The notes below the pieces were generated by a model. The model did not search any database. It worked only from the letters and a program-made list of their open reading frames with translations, and was not told where the DNA came from. DNA of 64,000 nucleotides, taken from the NCBI GenBank assembly GCA_963835575.1, contig CAWIGG010000002.1, positions 1,600,001 to 1,664,000 of the forward strand, given 5' to 3'. Shown in pieces: positions 8,966 to 19,531 of this stretch; the first letter of the stretch is position 1; the number at the start of each line of letters is the position of its first letter. The stretch is from an uncultured Spirochaetota bacterium (GTDB taxonomy: Bacteria > Spirochaetota > Brevinematia > Brevinematales > JAOACQ01). The position numbers and the translations under genes were made by a program.

Positions 8966-11815
8966 ATGAAAAAATTACTCTGTATTACTGTCTTTTTTCT
9001 CTGCGCGAACCTTCTCCATCCATTCGGTAAAAATAAAGTCGTTTATTATCCTTCAGAGTGGCAGATTCTGGAATCACAGCATTTCAGAATATATCTGCCT
9101 AAAGACAATCTTTTTCTCTCCAATGAAATACTCTCTACCGCGGAGGAAATATTCGCCCATCATTCAACAGCATTCGGCTATACTCCCAGGGTCAGAATAA
9201 AAATTATTCTCTATAACAACCAGATTGATTTTCAGCAGAATAACATTATGGACTGGACCAGCCCCGGCACCGGCGGCTTTACTGAATTTCTTAAGGGGCG
9301 CGTTGTTGTGCCCTACTCCTCTTTTTATCCTGATTTTTACCATGTGCTTTCCCATGAAATCAATCACGCCTTTCAGGGTTATAGGTGGGGCAAAGGAGAG
9401 ATGAACCGTTTTATATTACAGGACATCGATATACCGCTCTGGCTGATTGAAGGCGCCTCCGAATTCAACTCCATCGGCGTTGATAAGGAGTGTGAGATGA
9501 TCATCGCCGACGGCCTGATTAACGGCATTCTTCCTTCCCTTCAGGAATTGTCTGATCTATACCGGCTCGGACCCAATGATTATTTTTATGTCTATAAAGA
9601 AGGGCAGATATTCTACCAATTCATTCAGGACAAATACGGCAGGGGAGTCTATTCCCGTTTCAACGACTCAATTTCTGAGAATAAAACATTTGAGCAGGTC
9701 CTCACCAATTTTTTCTCGGAGCGTTTCGATCAGCTTAATGCGGAATTTTTTGATTATCTCCGTAAAAAATATCTCCCGAATATTTCAAATCTGGCAAGTA
9801 TTGAATTAACCGCGAGAAAAATAATGAAAGAAGACACAGGATTCAACATGAATCCTGTGTCGCTCGGCTCGAACAGGACCGCGTTTATCAGCGATAGGGA
9901 AATATACCCTTCTATCGTCATTTTTGACGGAGAAAAAGATTCTCTAACAAGAATAGTCAAAGGCGGGTTTGATGAGGATTTTCTGGAATTCCAGTACGGA
10001 AAGAGAAACAATCTTTCCGTCAGCACAAACGGCCTTTTGTGTTTTGTTTCGAGAAGCGGCGGAGAGGATTCTCTTTTTCTTTATTCCTTTAAAAAGAATA
10101 ATACGGAAAAAATAAGCCTTCCTTTCAGGATCATAAATTCTCCGGAAATCTCCCCGGACGGCGGCAGAATCGTTTTTTCCGCCGTTCAGAACCAGCAGGC
10201 GCACATATTTATTTATGACAGGCAGACAAAAACTACGAAAGCCGTAACAAGCGGCGAATTCTATGACAGTCAGCCCAGGTTTCTGGGGACAAACCGGATC
10301 GTTTTTGTTTCCAACCGGAAGAACGGCATTAAAAGCCAGAATATGGATATCTTTATCTATAACCTCGATAATAATAAATATGAGCTGGTGCTGGACACTT
10401 CTTTTTCCGATGAATACCCGGCCGTGTCAAAGGACATGGAAAGCATAGCCTTTATTAAAATGGACATCCATCCTTCCCTTATGATATATTCCCTGAAAGA
10501 AAAAAAGCTCTATGAGGAAATTGTGCCGACCGGGGGTGTTTTTTCTCCGTCTTATGATGAAAATGGAGATATCCTTCTTACAGCATATAATAAAAACCGT
10601 TATAATATTTTCAGATATACTCCTTCCTGCAAAAAAACAATAACTAATTTTTATCATTCCGGCATATTTTCGCAGGAAACCGCCGAAACTTTTTCTCCCT
10701 ATCCGGGCATTTCACTTCAGCCATATAAAACGGAGCTTTCCATTGACGCGCTTTTCGGCGGTTTTGTCCTTAATACCTCACTCGGGGCGGCGGCGCTCGG
10801 TATGCTGCAGTTCAGCGATCTTATGGGTGATGAACGTTATCAGCTGCTGATTGATACAACCATCATTCTGAACAGCAGTTTTCTTGACTATCTGAACGCT
10901 GACTTCACCTATCTCAATCTTAAAAACCGCCATAACTACGGCATAAGGATCTTTCAATACAGCAATTATTTTTATGAACTCAATACGCTTCAGGAATTTT
11001 ATAATATGGAAAGGGCTTACGATAAAACCTACGGCGGCTTTATCCTTTACAGCTATCCTTTTTCGACCTTTGACAGAATAGAAGCGCAATTAGGGTACAG
11101 AGGATTCAATTTTATAACCAATGTTGAGACAGACGGCACAAACATCTTCTATGATTATGATTATCAAAATAGAAACCTGGTGAGTTTATCCTTTGTTCAT
11201 GATTCCACTCTCTGGGATATTACAGGACCGATAGACGGAATCCGCTATGAACTGACGCTCTCCAAATCATTCCCGCTTTATCAAAATTCGCTTAATTATG
11301 AAAAGGCGGTCCTGGATTTCAGAAGCTACTTTATGATACTGCCCAACCTTATATCAGGCTATTCTTTCGCCTTCAGGGCTGTGGCCGGTAAAGTTTTCGA
11401 TACCGACAAAAATAAATATCCTTTTTATCTGGGCGGATTTAATTCCATCCGCGGTTATGACCTCTGGAGTTTCCAGGGCGATAATATGTTTCTTTTTAAT
11501 TTTGAACTCAGAATCCCTTTCATCTATGACTGGACCATCGGCTTCCCGTTTCCGCTCAGAATGCCCACTATCTGGGGAGTGATTTTCTGGGATTTCGGTT
11601 CAGTATGGAATTCAGAACAGTCCCTTGTGTTATTCGAAACGAGGGATGGCGCCACTTATTTCAAAGATCTCAAAAGCGGCCTTGGATTCGGTTTCCGCCT
11701 GGTCCTCCTGCCGGCCATTAAACTGATGGTTAATTTTGCGGTGCCTTATGACTGCTCGCCGGTCCCGCCGCTCAGCGCATGGCAATCTTTCTGGCTGATT
11801 GGAATCGATTTTTAA
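8966..11815 (+). CDS. Outer-membrane protein: signal peptide + zincin-like domain + PD40/TolB beta-propeller + BamA/Omp85-type barrel
   Basis: HEINH (HExxH), SPEISPDG repeats, LGG.NSIRGY barrel loop motif, C-terminal F. Confidence 0.8.
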   Translation: MKKLLCITVFFLCANLLHPFGKNKVVYYPSEWQILESQHFRIYLPKDNLFLSNEILSTAEEIFAHHSTAFGYTPRVRIKIILYNNQIDFQQNNIMDWTSPGTGGFTEFLKGRVVVPYSSFYPDFYHVLSHEINHAFQGYRWGKGEMNRFILQDIDIPLWLIEGASEFNSIGVDKECEMIIADGLINGILPSLQELSDLYRLGPNDYFYVYKEGQIFYQFIQDKYGRGVYSRFNDSISENKTFEQVLTNFFSERFDQLNAEFFDYLRKKYLPNISNLASIELTARKIMKEDTGFNMNPVSLGSNRTAFISDREIYPSIVIFDGEKDSLTRIVKGGFDEDFLEFQYGKRNNLSVSTNGLLCFVSRSGGEDSLFLYSFKKNNTEKISLPFRIINSPEISPDGGRIVFSAVQNQQAHIFIYDRQTKTTKAVTSGEFYDSQPRFLGTNRIVFVSNRKNGIKSQNMDIFIYNLDNNKYELVLDTSFSDEYPAVSKDMESIAFIKMDIHPSLMIYSLKEKKLYEEIVPTGGVFSPSYDENGDILLTAYNKNRYNIFRYTPSCKKTITNFYHSGIFSQETAETFSPYPGISLQPYKTELSIDALFGGFVLNTSLGAAALGMLQFSDLMGDERYQLLIDTTIILNSSFLDYLNADFTYLNLKNRHNYGIRIFQYSNYFYELNTLQEFYNMERAYDKTYGGFILYSYPFSTFDRIEAQLGYRGFNFITNVETDGTNIFYDYDYQNRNLVSLSFVHDSTLWDITGPIDGIRYELTLSKSFPLYQNSLNYEKAVLDFRSYFMILPNLISGYSFAFRAVAGKVFDTDKNKYPFYLGGFNSIRGYDLWSFQGDNMFLFNFELRIPFIYDWTIGFPFPLRMPTIWGVIFWDFGSVWNSEQSLVLFETRDGATYFKDLKSGLGFGFRLVLLPAIKLMVNFAVPYDCSPVPPLSAWQSFWLIGIDF

Positions 11816-11825
11816 GGAGAAATAA

Positions 11826-13178
11826 ATGTCCGAATTAAAAGTGAGTATCTCCGGGATCCGGGGAATTTGGGGCGAGAGCCTTAATCTGAAAACCCTTATT
11901 GAGTTTACAAAAGCTTTCGGCCTTTTTGTAAAAAAAACAGGCGGAAATAAAATCCTTTTAGGACGGGACGCGCGCCCTACGGGAAAAATGATTTCTCTGA
12001 CGGTATCGGGTATTTTAAACTCGATGGGGATCGATGTTCTGGACTGCGGGATAATCCCCACTCCATCGATACTTTACGGGGTCAGAAAATTAAAACTCGG
12101 CGGCGGCATCATCATTACCGCGTCCCATAATCCCATAGAATGGAACGCCCTGAAATTTGTCAGGCATGACGGGACTTTTACAAATGAGAAAGATATAAAA
12201 ATTATTCAATCAAATCTGGGAAAGGACTTAAAAGAAAATCTCTACAATAAGATCGGGAAATACGAGGAGACATCGCTGATTGAAGAGATGCATATTCAGG
12301 AAATCCTTAAAAATGTTTCGGCCCCTCTCATCCGGAAAAAGAAATTTAAAGTTGTCCTGGACCCGGTTAACAGCGCCGGAAGCCGGATCACAGCGGAACT
12401 TCTTAAAGAGCTGGGCTGTTCCGTCCATCTTGTCAACGGAGAGATAAACGGGACATTCGGCAGGGGAACGGAGCCGAACCCGGCCAATTTAACTCATTTA
12501 ACCGCCATCATCAGAAAAACAAAAGCCGATATCGGCTTTGCCCAGGACCCTGATGCCGACAGGCTTGTCGTTATCGATGAAAAAGGAGCCGTTTTGAGTG
12601 AGGAGATGACGTTAGCTCTGGCGGCAGAGCATATCCTTTCGGAAAACCCGGGGGATATTGTCGTGAATCTTTCCACTTCCATGCTCTGCGAATGGCTGGC
12701 GCGGAAATACGGCGTCCGCTGTTACCGGACAAAAGTGGGCGAAGCCAATGTAGTCGATGGAATAATAAAGAGGAAAGCCCGCATCGGCGGCGAGGGAAAC
12801 GGCGGCGTGATCTATCCGAAGATCAACTGCGCTAGGGACAGCCTTGTGGGCATAGCCCTTATTCTGGAATTAATGACAAAAAGAAAGAAAAGCATTTCTA
12901 AAATAGCAGGAGAATTTCCCTCTTATCCGATGAAAAAAGAGAAATTCACATTCAAAGGCAATATCAATACATTATATAAGGATATTAAGGCTTCATTCAA
13001 AAAAGCTGTCATCAACGAAGCCGACGGCCTCCGCCTGGAATGGGATGAGAAAGGGAATAAAATATGGCTGCACATCCGGCCATCAAATACGGAGCCGGTT
13101 GTCCGCGTCATCGGCGAATCAGTGGATGAGGCCCTGCTGGATGAAAGCCTGATGATAATAAAGAAACTCATTTCTTGA
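11826..13178 (+). CDS. glmM: Phosphoglucosamine mutase / phosphomannomutase family
   Basis: ITASHNP, QDPDADR, GGEGNGG and RPSNTEP motifs. Substrate specificity is not certain. Confidence 0.8.
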   Translation: MSELKVSISGIRGIWGESLNLKTLIEFTKAFGLFVKKTGGNKILLGRDARPTGKMISLTVSGILNSMGIDVLDCGIIPTPSILYGVRKLKLGGGIIITASHNPIEWNALKFVRHDGTFTNEKDIKIIQSNLGKDLKENLYNKIGKYEETSLIEEMHIQEILKNVSAPLIRKKKFKVVLDPVNSAGSRITAELLKELGCSVHLVNGEINGTFGRGTEPNPANLTHLTAIIRKTKADIGFAQDPDADRLVVIDEKGAVLSEEMTLALAAEHILSENPGDIVVNLSTSMLCEWLARKYGVRCYRTKVGEANVVDGIIKRKARIGGEGNGGVIYPKINCARDSLVGIALILELMTKRKKSISKIAGEFPSYPMKKEKFTFKGNINTLYKDIKASFKKAVINEADGLRLEWDEKGNKIWLHIRPSNTEPVVRVIGESVDEALLDESLMIIKKLIS

Positions 13179-13199
13179 ATAAAATCCGCCGACCTTCTT

Positions 13200-13735
13200 T
13201 TAAACACGAAGAACACCAAGAGCATCCTTCGCTAACGCTCAGGACAGGCTCCGAGTCACCAACGGGGTAATCCGCGAAGGCACGCGAATAGACGCGAATG
13301 GGGGAAGTTCGGTTAAATTTAAGAGGACAGGAGGTCAGGAAGAACCGGGGAATAGTTTTGGGTGTCATTTTTATTTTCTTTTCTTTATCATTATCAACAA
13401 GCCTTTTAATATAATTTTTCTGTAATTGAAAACACAGAGGGCACAGAGAAAAAAGAGAGCACGGAGAGTTTTTGTTTTGAATAATCCAGATTGTTTAATC
13501 CGTTACTCGATAGCATAGATAATTGATAAGGTAGGCTACGCCTGTTATACAAAAGAAATCAAATAAAAAAACCTTCAATTGTTTTATAAAAGCCGATGTA
13601 TCGACCCCAATTCATCGCGGATGACGCGGATTAGACGGATTGGCGGCGGATTTTATTTTTATTGACTTTTCTGGCTTTACGACTTTGCGAGAGATATTAA
13701 TTCACGCAAAGACGCAGAGGCAAGAGGGAAGAAAA
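13200..13735. repeat. Intergenic tract of ~9-bp-period degenerate repeats
   Basis: CACGAAGAACACCAAG, CACGCGAATAGACGCGAAT, CACAGAGGGCACAGAG, CGCGGATGACGCGGATTAGACGGAT, CGCAAAGACGCAGAG. Related units recur elsewhere in the window. Confidence 0.75.
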
Positions 13736-13768
13736 GGTGGGCTATGCCCGCTGGACAAAATATTTTAT

Positions 13769-15052
13769 GGGCGGTTTTAAAAACCGCCTAATTTATCAAC
13801 ACTTCCCTGATAATAGAAAATATTTTCAAAATATTTCTGCCAACAGGTTAAAAACTGTTTCTATTACCAAAATTCAGCCAAACACGGGCAATATTATCCA
13901 TATCTTCTGTATTTTAAGCCGCACAAGACGCAATTCGACCTTTTACCACAACATACCGTGCTAAATTATAAACCAGATTCATCAGCCCGATTTGGCTCTC
14001 TGCCCTTTCTTTTCCTATCGATCGTATTGTACTGCCGTTCATACTATTTTCAACAAAACCAAAAACATGCTCAACACGAACTCGGATGCGGCTCTTTCTT
14101 CTATTTTTTTCTTTCTGCTTCTCCGTCAATGGCTTATTTCTGTATCCTTTTTCGTGAATCCGGTTTTTCATCTCAAATTTTTCTAATATTCCTGCTACCG
14201 TTGGGCCAACATATGCGCTGTCCGCGTAAAACGGCTTCCCTTTGTCTTTCTCATTCAATAGAGGTTCAACTACCTGTGAATCGTGAACGCTCGCATCTGT
14301 CGTGACATAAGAACGAATAAGTTTTGACTTCACATCAACCTTTGTATGGTTTTTGTATCCGTAATGCCTCTCTTTATTCTTGGTCATCCAGCGCGCATCC
14401 GTGTCTTTATGGGAAAGCTTATGCGTATTATCTTTCCAATCTTCCGGAACCTCGCCTTCTTTTATTTTCTTGTTTTCTTCGCGGCTGTTCCTCTGCCGGG
14501 GAACATCCACAAAACTTGCGTCTACCATAACGCCCGCTTTCCCTATCACACCTTTATTCTCAAGATTCTCATCGAATATTTTAAAAAGTTTCTCTATTGC
14601 TTTCGCTTTCATCAGTTTTTCCTTGAATTCCCAGATTTTACTGTAGTCCGGAACTTTGTCCGAAAGTGTTATCCCAAGATATCGCTGAACGGATAACCTG
14701 TCATTGATCTGAAATTCCGCTTGCTCATCGGAAAGATTGTAATACCTCTGGAATATCAGTATCTTGAACATGAAAACATAGTCATAATGTGGCGCTCCGC
14801 CCGGCGCCTTCTGCTCTTTCGGCGCCAAAATCTCTGTTAACAGCGGCCGGAACATCTCAAAGTCTACAACCCTGTTAAGCTTATCCAGCGGTGTTTTTAC
14901 GCCGCTTAGCTTTTCCATCCGCTCCTGATATTCAAACAAGTTACGGTCTTTCCGCTTAATTTTTGTCATAGCCTTACCTCTGTTTTCTTTGACTATGATT
15001 ATATGTTTTTATATACTATTTGTATATGATACGTGGGTTTTTCAAACCGCCC
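13769..15052 (-). mobile_element. IS5-family insertion sequence
   Basis: 17-bp IRs GGGCGGTTT(T/G)AAAAACC and 4-bp duplication TTAT. Confidence 0.92.
13914..14969 (-). CDS. IS5-family transposase
   Basis: YNLSDEQAEFQINDRLS, VDAS, YADSAY and RVRVEHVFG motifs. Confidence 0.93.
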   Translation of the reverse strand: MTKIKRKDRNLFEYQERMEKLSGVKTPLDKLNRVVDFEMFRPLLTEILAPKEQKAPGGAPHYDYVFMFKILIFQRYYNLSDEQAEFQINDRLSVQRYLGITLSDKVPDYSKIWEFKEKLMKAKAIEKLFKIFDENLENKGVIGKAGVMVDASFVDVPRQRNSREENKKIKEGEVPEDWKDNTHKLSHKDTDARWMTKNKERHYGYKNHTKVDVKSKLIRSYVTTDASVHDSQVVEPLLNEKDKGKPFYADSAYVGPTVAGILEKFEMKNRIHEKGYRNKPLTEKQKEKNRRKSRIRVRVEHVFGFVENSMNGSTIRSIGKERAESQIGLMNLVYNLARYVVVKGRIASCAA

Positions 15053-15389
15053 TTATATAAGTGATCAATTTTATTTGATTGAAACTGTTGTACTGACCCC
15101 AATTTTACAGGATTACCAGGATTATTCGGGATTTATCATAATAACTATTAAGAATCTTCGATTTTATTTTATGATCCTGTGAATCCTGTGGTATCAAGTA
15201 AATTCTGTTGAATTGGGGACAGAATAAATATGATACTTCTAATTTTCAATTTCCGTTCAGGCGTTATTTAATCCCAGCTTTTTTCTAAAGATTGATGATA
15301 TAGTAATTCTCTACCTTTTAACCAAGCGACAAAGCCGTATCGCCGTTATTATCCTTCACGTTTACCGTAGTCAGGTCGGCAGAGGCTTT

Positions 15390-16190
15390 TTAAATTTCGA
15401 TCGTATTCCCTGTAAAATTATAAAACACTTTATCTTTGAAGGATTCTTTCATAATTGCGTATTTTTCTATGCCTGTACAGTGACAGACACCGATTTTATT
15501 GATATTATATTTTAGTAATTCGCTTATTAATCTTCCGGTCAGGTCATTATCCGCGTCTTTCAGATGAAAGCCTCCGAGAACAAGGTTTATTGGGATTTGA
15601 AAAATATCCATGGCGGATAGAACAATATTTGAAATCCCCCTGTGGGAACATCCGCTTATGATATTCATTTTATTATCGCTGATGGTCACAATAAACAATT
15701 CATCAGTAAAAGTATCCTCAAGAAAATCATCGCCGTCTTTAATGAACATATTTGTAAAATGTGTATCCCAGACGTTTTTTATATCAATATTTGGAATAAC
15801 AAAAAAACCGGGGTATATTTCGGTAACATCTTTTACAAACCTGATTCTATGACTGAATAGCGCCTTATCATTTTTTATACCGATGAATTCTTCTTTATTT
15901 TTATATTTTGGGGTAAAAAAGCCTTCTTTGATATAAATCGATGCTTTTTGATTTATCCGGCAGAACGGCTCAAGCCCTCCAGCGTGGTCGTAGTGCCCAT
16001 GGCTTATTATGACCCTATCAACCTGCGACATATCAATGCCGAGGTTCTCCGCGTTTTTTATAAAATTTCCATCCTGCCCGGTATCGAAAAGGATTTTTTT
16101 ACCGTCCATTTCTATCAGAAGCGACAATCCATGTTCCGCTGTCAAATTTTTACTGAAAACAGTATTTTCTATTAAGACGGTGATCTTCAA
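15390..16190 (-). CDS. MBL-fold metallo-hydrolase
   Basis: AEHGLS, LFDTG, SHGHYDH, GCSH.G, GGFHL and HCTG motifs. TTG start after GGAGG. Confidence 0.9.
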   Translation of the reverse strand: MKITVLIENTVFSKNLTAEHGLSLLIEMDGKKILFDTGQDGNFIKNAENLGIDMSQVDRVIISHGHYDHAGGLEPFCRINQKASIYIKEGFFTPKYKNKEEFIGIKNDKALFSHRIRFVKDVTEIYPGFFVIPNIDIKNVWDTHFTNMFIKDGDDFLEDTFTDELFIVTISDNKMNIISGCSHRGISNIVLSAMDIFQIPINLVLGGFHLKDADNDLTGRLISELLKYNINKIGVCHCTGIEKYAIMKESFKDKVFYNFTGNTIEI

Positions 16191-16210
16191 GAAACCTCCT
16201 CTGGAGCCGT

Positions 16211-16855
16211 TTATTTCCTGGCAATGACCATCATATGTTCCACTTCTTTTTTCTGCCAGGCGCTGTATTCCATAATATTTTTTATGGACACCTCGCTGTA
16301 ATTTCTCAATAAATGCCTGACCTCTTCTTCAGTGAAAAAATGGTGGATGATATCGCCGTCGGGAGCGTCGATGTGCAGGAAAGAATTATTTTCCACCTCG
16401 ATAATATCCGGCCCGGCGACATATTTGTAAAATTCGACAGGGGTGATGATTATAAACAAAATCCCTTTATCTTTAATAATGCGCTCGATTTCATAAAACA
16501 TTTTCTTTATCTCTTGATACTTTCCATGGCTCAAAACATTAATGCATACCGCGAAATCATATTTTTCATGAATACCGGTCAGGTCCCTTAAATCGAATTG
16601 AGAAACCTTCACGTTATAAGAAGGTTTAAGATTTTGTTTTAGAATTTCTAGGGCGTTTACAGATGAATCGACAGCATGCACAAAATATCCTTTTTCGGCA
16701 AAATAGATGGAATACCTCCCGGTTCCGCACCCTAAATCTATTATTTTTTTAATATCGTTTTGCTTCATTATATTTTCAAAACATTCAATCAGGTTTTCAT
16801 TAGGTGTGCTGATGATCAAGTCCCGGTTTTTAAATAAATCGTTCCAGTCTGCCAT
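16211..16855 (-). CDS. Class I SAM-dependent methyltransferase
   Basis: IDLGCGTGR motif. Start at ATG 16855 after AAGGAG. Confidence 0.88.
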   Translation of the reverse strand: MADWNDLFKNRDLIISTPNENLIECFENIMKQNDIKKIIDLGCGTGRYSIYFAEKGYFVHAVDSSVNALEILKQNLKPSYNVKVSQFDLRDLTGIHEKYDFAVCINVLSHGKYQEIKKMFYEIERIIKDKGILFIIITPVEFYKYVAGPDIIEVENNSFLHIDAPDGDIIHHFFTEEEVRHLLRNYSEVSIKNIMEYSAWQKKEVEHMMVIARK

Positions 16856-16915
16856 TTTATTCTCCTTAAATTTTGTCAAAAAATTAAACAACTGCAATTC
16901 AAATAACGGAATATA

Positions 16916-17350
16916 TTACAGCATATTTTTTGTAATCCAATTTTTCGCGTCTTCGGAAATTTCCATTTTATTTAAAATATCATCCGGAATTCTAATCGGC
17001 TTATTGTTGTCTTTCATAATAAAACAATGTTCAGTATAGCCGTAACAAAGTAAATCTTTTTCATTTCGATAAATCAGATAATCCACACGGATTTTAGCGC
17101 GGGTGATTTTTGTAAAAGCCGCGTGAATCTGGATTTCATCATCAAAGTAGGCCGGAGAAACATATTTTGTAAACACTTTTGTTACCGGCAGCAGGATGCC
17201 TTTTGTTTCCAGTTCCCTGTAATTGATCCCGCACTCACGGAATAAATTCATACGCGCCAGTTCCATCCAGATGGTATGATTGGAATGATGTATAAACCCC
17301 ATCTGGTCGCTTTCTTCGTAGCGGGCGCGGATTTTAGTGATATTTATCAT
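16916..17350 (-). CDS. Acyl-CoA thioesterase (YbgC/FadM family)
   Basis: RYEESDQMG.IHHSN...E.AR hot-dog-fold signature. Confidence 0.88.
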   Translation of the reverse strand: MINITKIRARYEESDQMGFIHHSNHTIWMELARMNLFRECGINYRELETKGILLPVTKVFTKYVSPAYFDDEIQIHAAFTKITRAKIRVDYLIYRNEKDLLCYGYTEHCFIMKDNNKPIRIPDDILNKMEISEDAKNWITKNML

Positions 17351-17474
17351 ATAATTCACCTCAAATTTATTATTAACGTCATGGTAAAAATGCCCGCCGT
17401 AAAACCGACTTGATGCGGGAGTTTTATTCCGGCGAGACGGCGTTTCATGGAAATCTGATCGCCGGCCGCCTTTA

Positions 17475-18050
17475 TTATTCCAATGTGACAGCGATCAGAA
17501 AAGGCGCCGACTCCTTTCCGTCAGAAACAAAATCAAATTCTGCGATTTCTATATCGGGGAAAGGATTGATCCAGGTATATTTATATAACTGAATGGAATT
17601 GCCAAGGGCCCTTGTCCTTTCATTATCACCCTTCCATGCGATTTCCGCGTCAGTAGGCAATTTATCCCCGGGGTAAAACCACCAGTCGACAACATAACGC
17701 TGATAGACAATTGGTATCATTTCTTTATTTCCATTAGAATAAAATACTCTATATTCTCCTATTTTTGTTCCTTCCCGGTCATGCCATGAAGCTCCATGAA
17801 GAAAATGGATTTTTTCTGCCTTCTGATTCACTTTTATTCCTTTGATTCCCGATGGATAATCGCAGCCGGTCCTTTCTTTTGAAATACTTCCCGACAGCTG
17901 AATCATTCCGTTTACGTCAAATGTGGTACCCGCGAATACACTGACGCCGTGCGGGATTGTTTTTAAATCATTCCCCGGCTTATGATGAATTTCATTATCC
18001 AGAGAATTGGTAAAATACCCGGATAAATTGATAAACTTCATACTTCTCAC
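17475..18050 (-). CDS. Hypothetical protein (beta-sandwich, carbohydrate-binding-like)
   Basis: 191-aa ORF with RBS. IHFLHG...IGEY.V.Y...W.NP.P pattern resembles glycosidase accessory domains. Confidence 0.6.
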   Translation of the reverse strand: MRSMKFINLSGYFTNSLDNEIHHKPGNDLKTIPHGVSVFAGTTFDVNGMIQLSGSISKERTGCDYPSGIKGIKVNQKAEKIHFLHGASWHDREGTKIGEYRVFYSNGNKEMIPIVYQRYVVDWWFYPGDKLPTDAEIAWKGDNERTRALGNSIQLYKYTWINPFPDIEIAEFDFVSDGKESAPFLIAVTLE

Positions 18051-18089
18051 CTCCTTATATGATTTTTATGGCTTTTACATTGGAGTTCA

Positions 18090-19139
18090 CTACTGTCTTT
18101 CCAGATTTACATTACAATGCGGACACTTCAATGAAGAACAGGGTATGCCGGGCTGGTGGTCGATTTTATAACCGCATTGCGGACAGGCGCAATAACCGCC
18201 CGGACCTTTACCGGATGATTCTTCGTTTTCTTTTTTGAACCTGCCTTTTTTCTGCCAGCCGAACCCTTTGCCGAAAAAAGGATTATAAAACCCTGTCGAC
18301 ACTTCATGGCTTTCTATCTGGATCACGACATAAACAAGGTTTCCGATTTCTTTAATAAGTGTTTCTCTTAACTTGTTGGAAATATTTACCGCACTCTCCA
18401 CGTTTAAATTGCCCGGCAGTTTTATCCCTAAATTGGCGGTTATAACCGCACCTTTTTTCTGCGTCTTTAAAGAGGCAATTTCTATCTTATTTTCTCCGGC
18501 TATCGATTTTATTTTCTGCTCTATTTTCCCGCCTGCGGAAACATCCAGCAATGAATCAACCGCTTCCTTCCCAAGCGAAAGAGATTCCTTGATTATATAA
18601 AGGCCGATCAGTAAAGCCAGCAAAGGATCGGCATATATCCAATATTTAGCCAGGAACAAACCGCATAAGACCGCCAGGGAAACAAAAACATCAACTCTGG
18701 AATGGACGCCGTCTGAAAGCAGGGCTATGGAATTTTCTTTTTTCCCGAAATGTATTTTCAACCGCGCCATAATTTCATTAATGACCGCCGAAAACACCAT
18801 AACCGTAAATGCAAGATAATCTATTTTTATTTTTTGAGGTTTAATAAATCCCTGATAGGCCTCATAAACGATCCCCAGACCCGTACCGAGCAATATCAAA
18901 GTGATAACGGCGCCGGCTAAAACTTCAAATTTATAATGACCGTAAGGATGTTTTTCATCGACCGGTTTTTTGGAGATTTTAATTCCGATAAATCCAATGG
19001 CTGAAGCGAAAATATCCATGAATGAATGCAGCCCTTCAGCCAAAACCGCGGCGGATTTAGTTATTATTCCCGCTGTGATTTTTCCGCCGGCTAAGATTAT
19101 GTTTATAAATATGGAAATTACAGCCACTTTTTCTTTCAT
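18090..19139 (-). CDS. Cation diffusion facilitator with a C-terminal Cys-rich extension
   Basis: HSFMD, HPYGH.K.E and H.R.D metal-site motifs. Tail GPGGYCACPQCG...PC...CPHC. Confidence 0.9.
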   Translation of the reverse strand: MKEKVAVISIFINIILAGGKITAGIITKSAAVLAEGLHSFMDIFASAIGFIGIKISKKPVDEKHPYGHYKFEVLAGAVITLILLGTGLGIVYEAYQGFIKPQKIKIDYLAFTVMVFSAVINEIMARLKIHFGKKENSIALLSDGVHSRVDVFVSLAVLCGLFLAKYWIYADPLLALLIGLYIIKESLSLGKEAVDSLLDVSAGGKIEQKIKSIAGENKIEIASLKTQKKGAVITANLGIKLPGNLNVESAVNISNKLRETLIKEIGNLVYVVIQIESHEVSTGFYNPFFGKGFGWQKKGRFKKENEESSGKGPGGYCACPQCGYKIDHQPGIPCSSLKCPHCNVNLERQ

Positions 19140-19184
19140 ATCAATTCCTTCGGGGAAAGTTTTCAAATAAATTATTTGAAGATT

Positions 19185-19493
19185 TCAACTCTTTTTTATT
19201 TTTTCTATTTCTTCCTCCACTTCAGCGGCGCCTTTGTCATAGAATTTTTCCTCATCCGGTTCAAGGTGCTTCAACAGCCTTAAGAATTCCCCGGCGTGCA
19301 CCCGTTCTTCATCCGCTATGTCCTTTAACACTCCCTGTACCAGCTTATCGTCGATTGATTCCGCAAGCTGCATGTAAAGCTGGACGGCTTCGTACTCCGC
19401 GGCGATCATAAATCTCACCGCGCGGACCAGTTCTTCATGGGTTAATTTGCGGTCCTTCGCAAGGCCCGAAAATGCTGTACTGAATTCAGGCAT
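19185..19493 (-). CDS. Small ferritin-like (rubrerythrin-half) protein
   Basis: EYEAVQLY...DIADEERVHAGEF di-iron helices. Confidence 0.85.
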   Translation of the reverse strand: MPEFSTAFSGLAKDRKLTHEELVRAVRFMIAAEYEAVQLYMQLAESIDDKLVQGVLKDIADEERVHAGEFLRLLKHLEPDEEKFYDKGAAEVEEEIEKIKKS

Positions 19494-19531
19494 GTTCTTC
19501 CTCCTGTAATTGATTATTTCTTAATATATTA

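Noticed and set aside
13200..13735. CRISPR array in the repeat-rich intergenic tracts
   Set aside because: Units are short, degenerate and irregularly spaced, with no constant repeat-spacer period and no cas genes.
19185..19493. Encapsulin cargo system
   Set aside because: No encapsulin shell gene nearby and no recognisable C-terminal targeting peptide.
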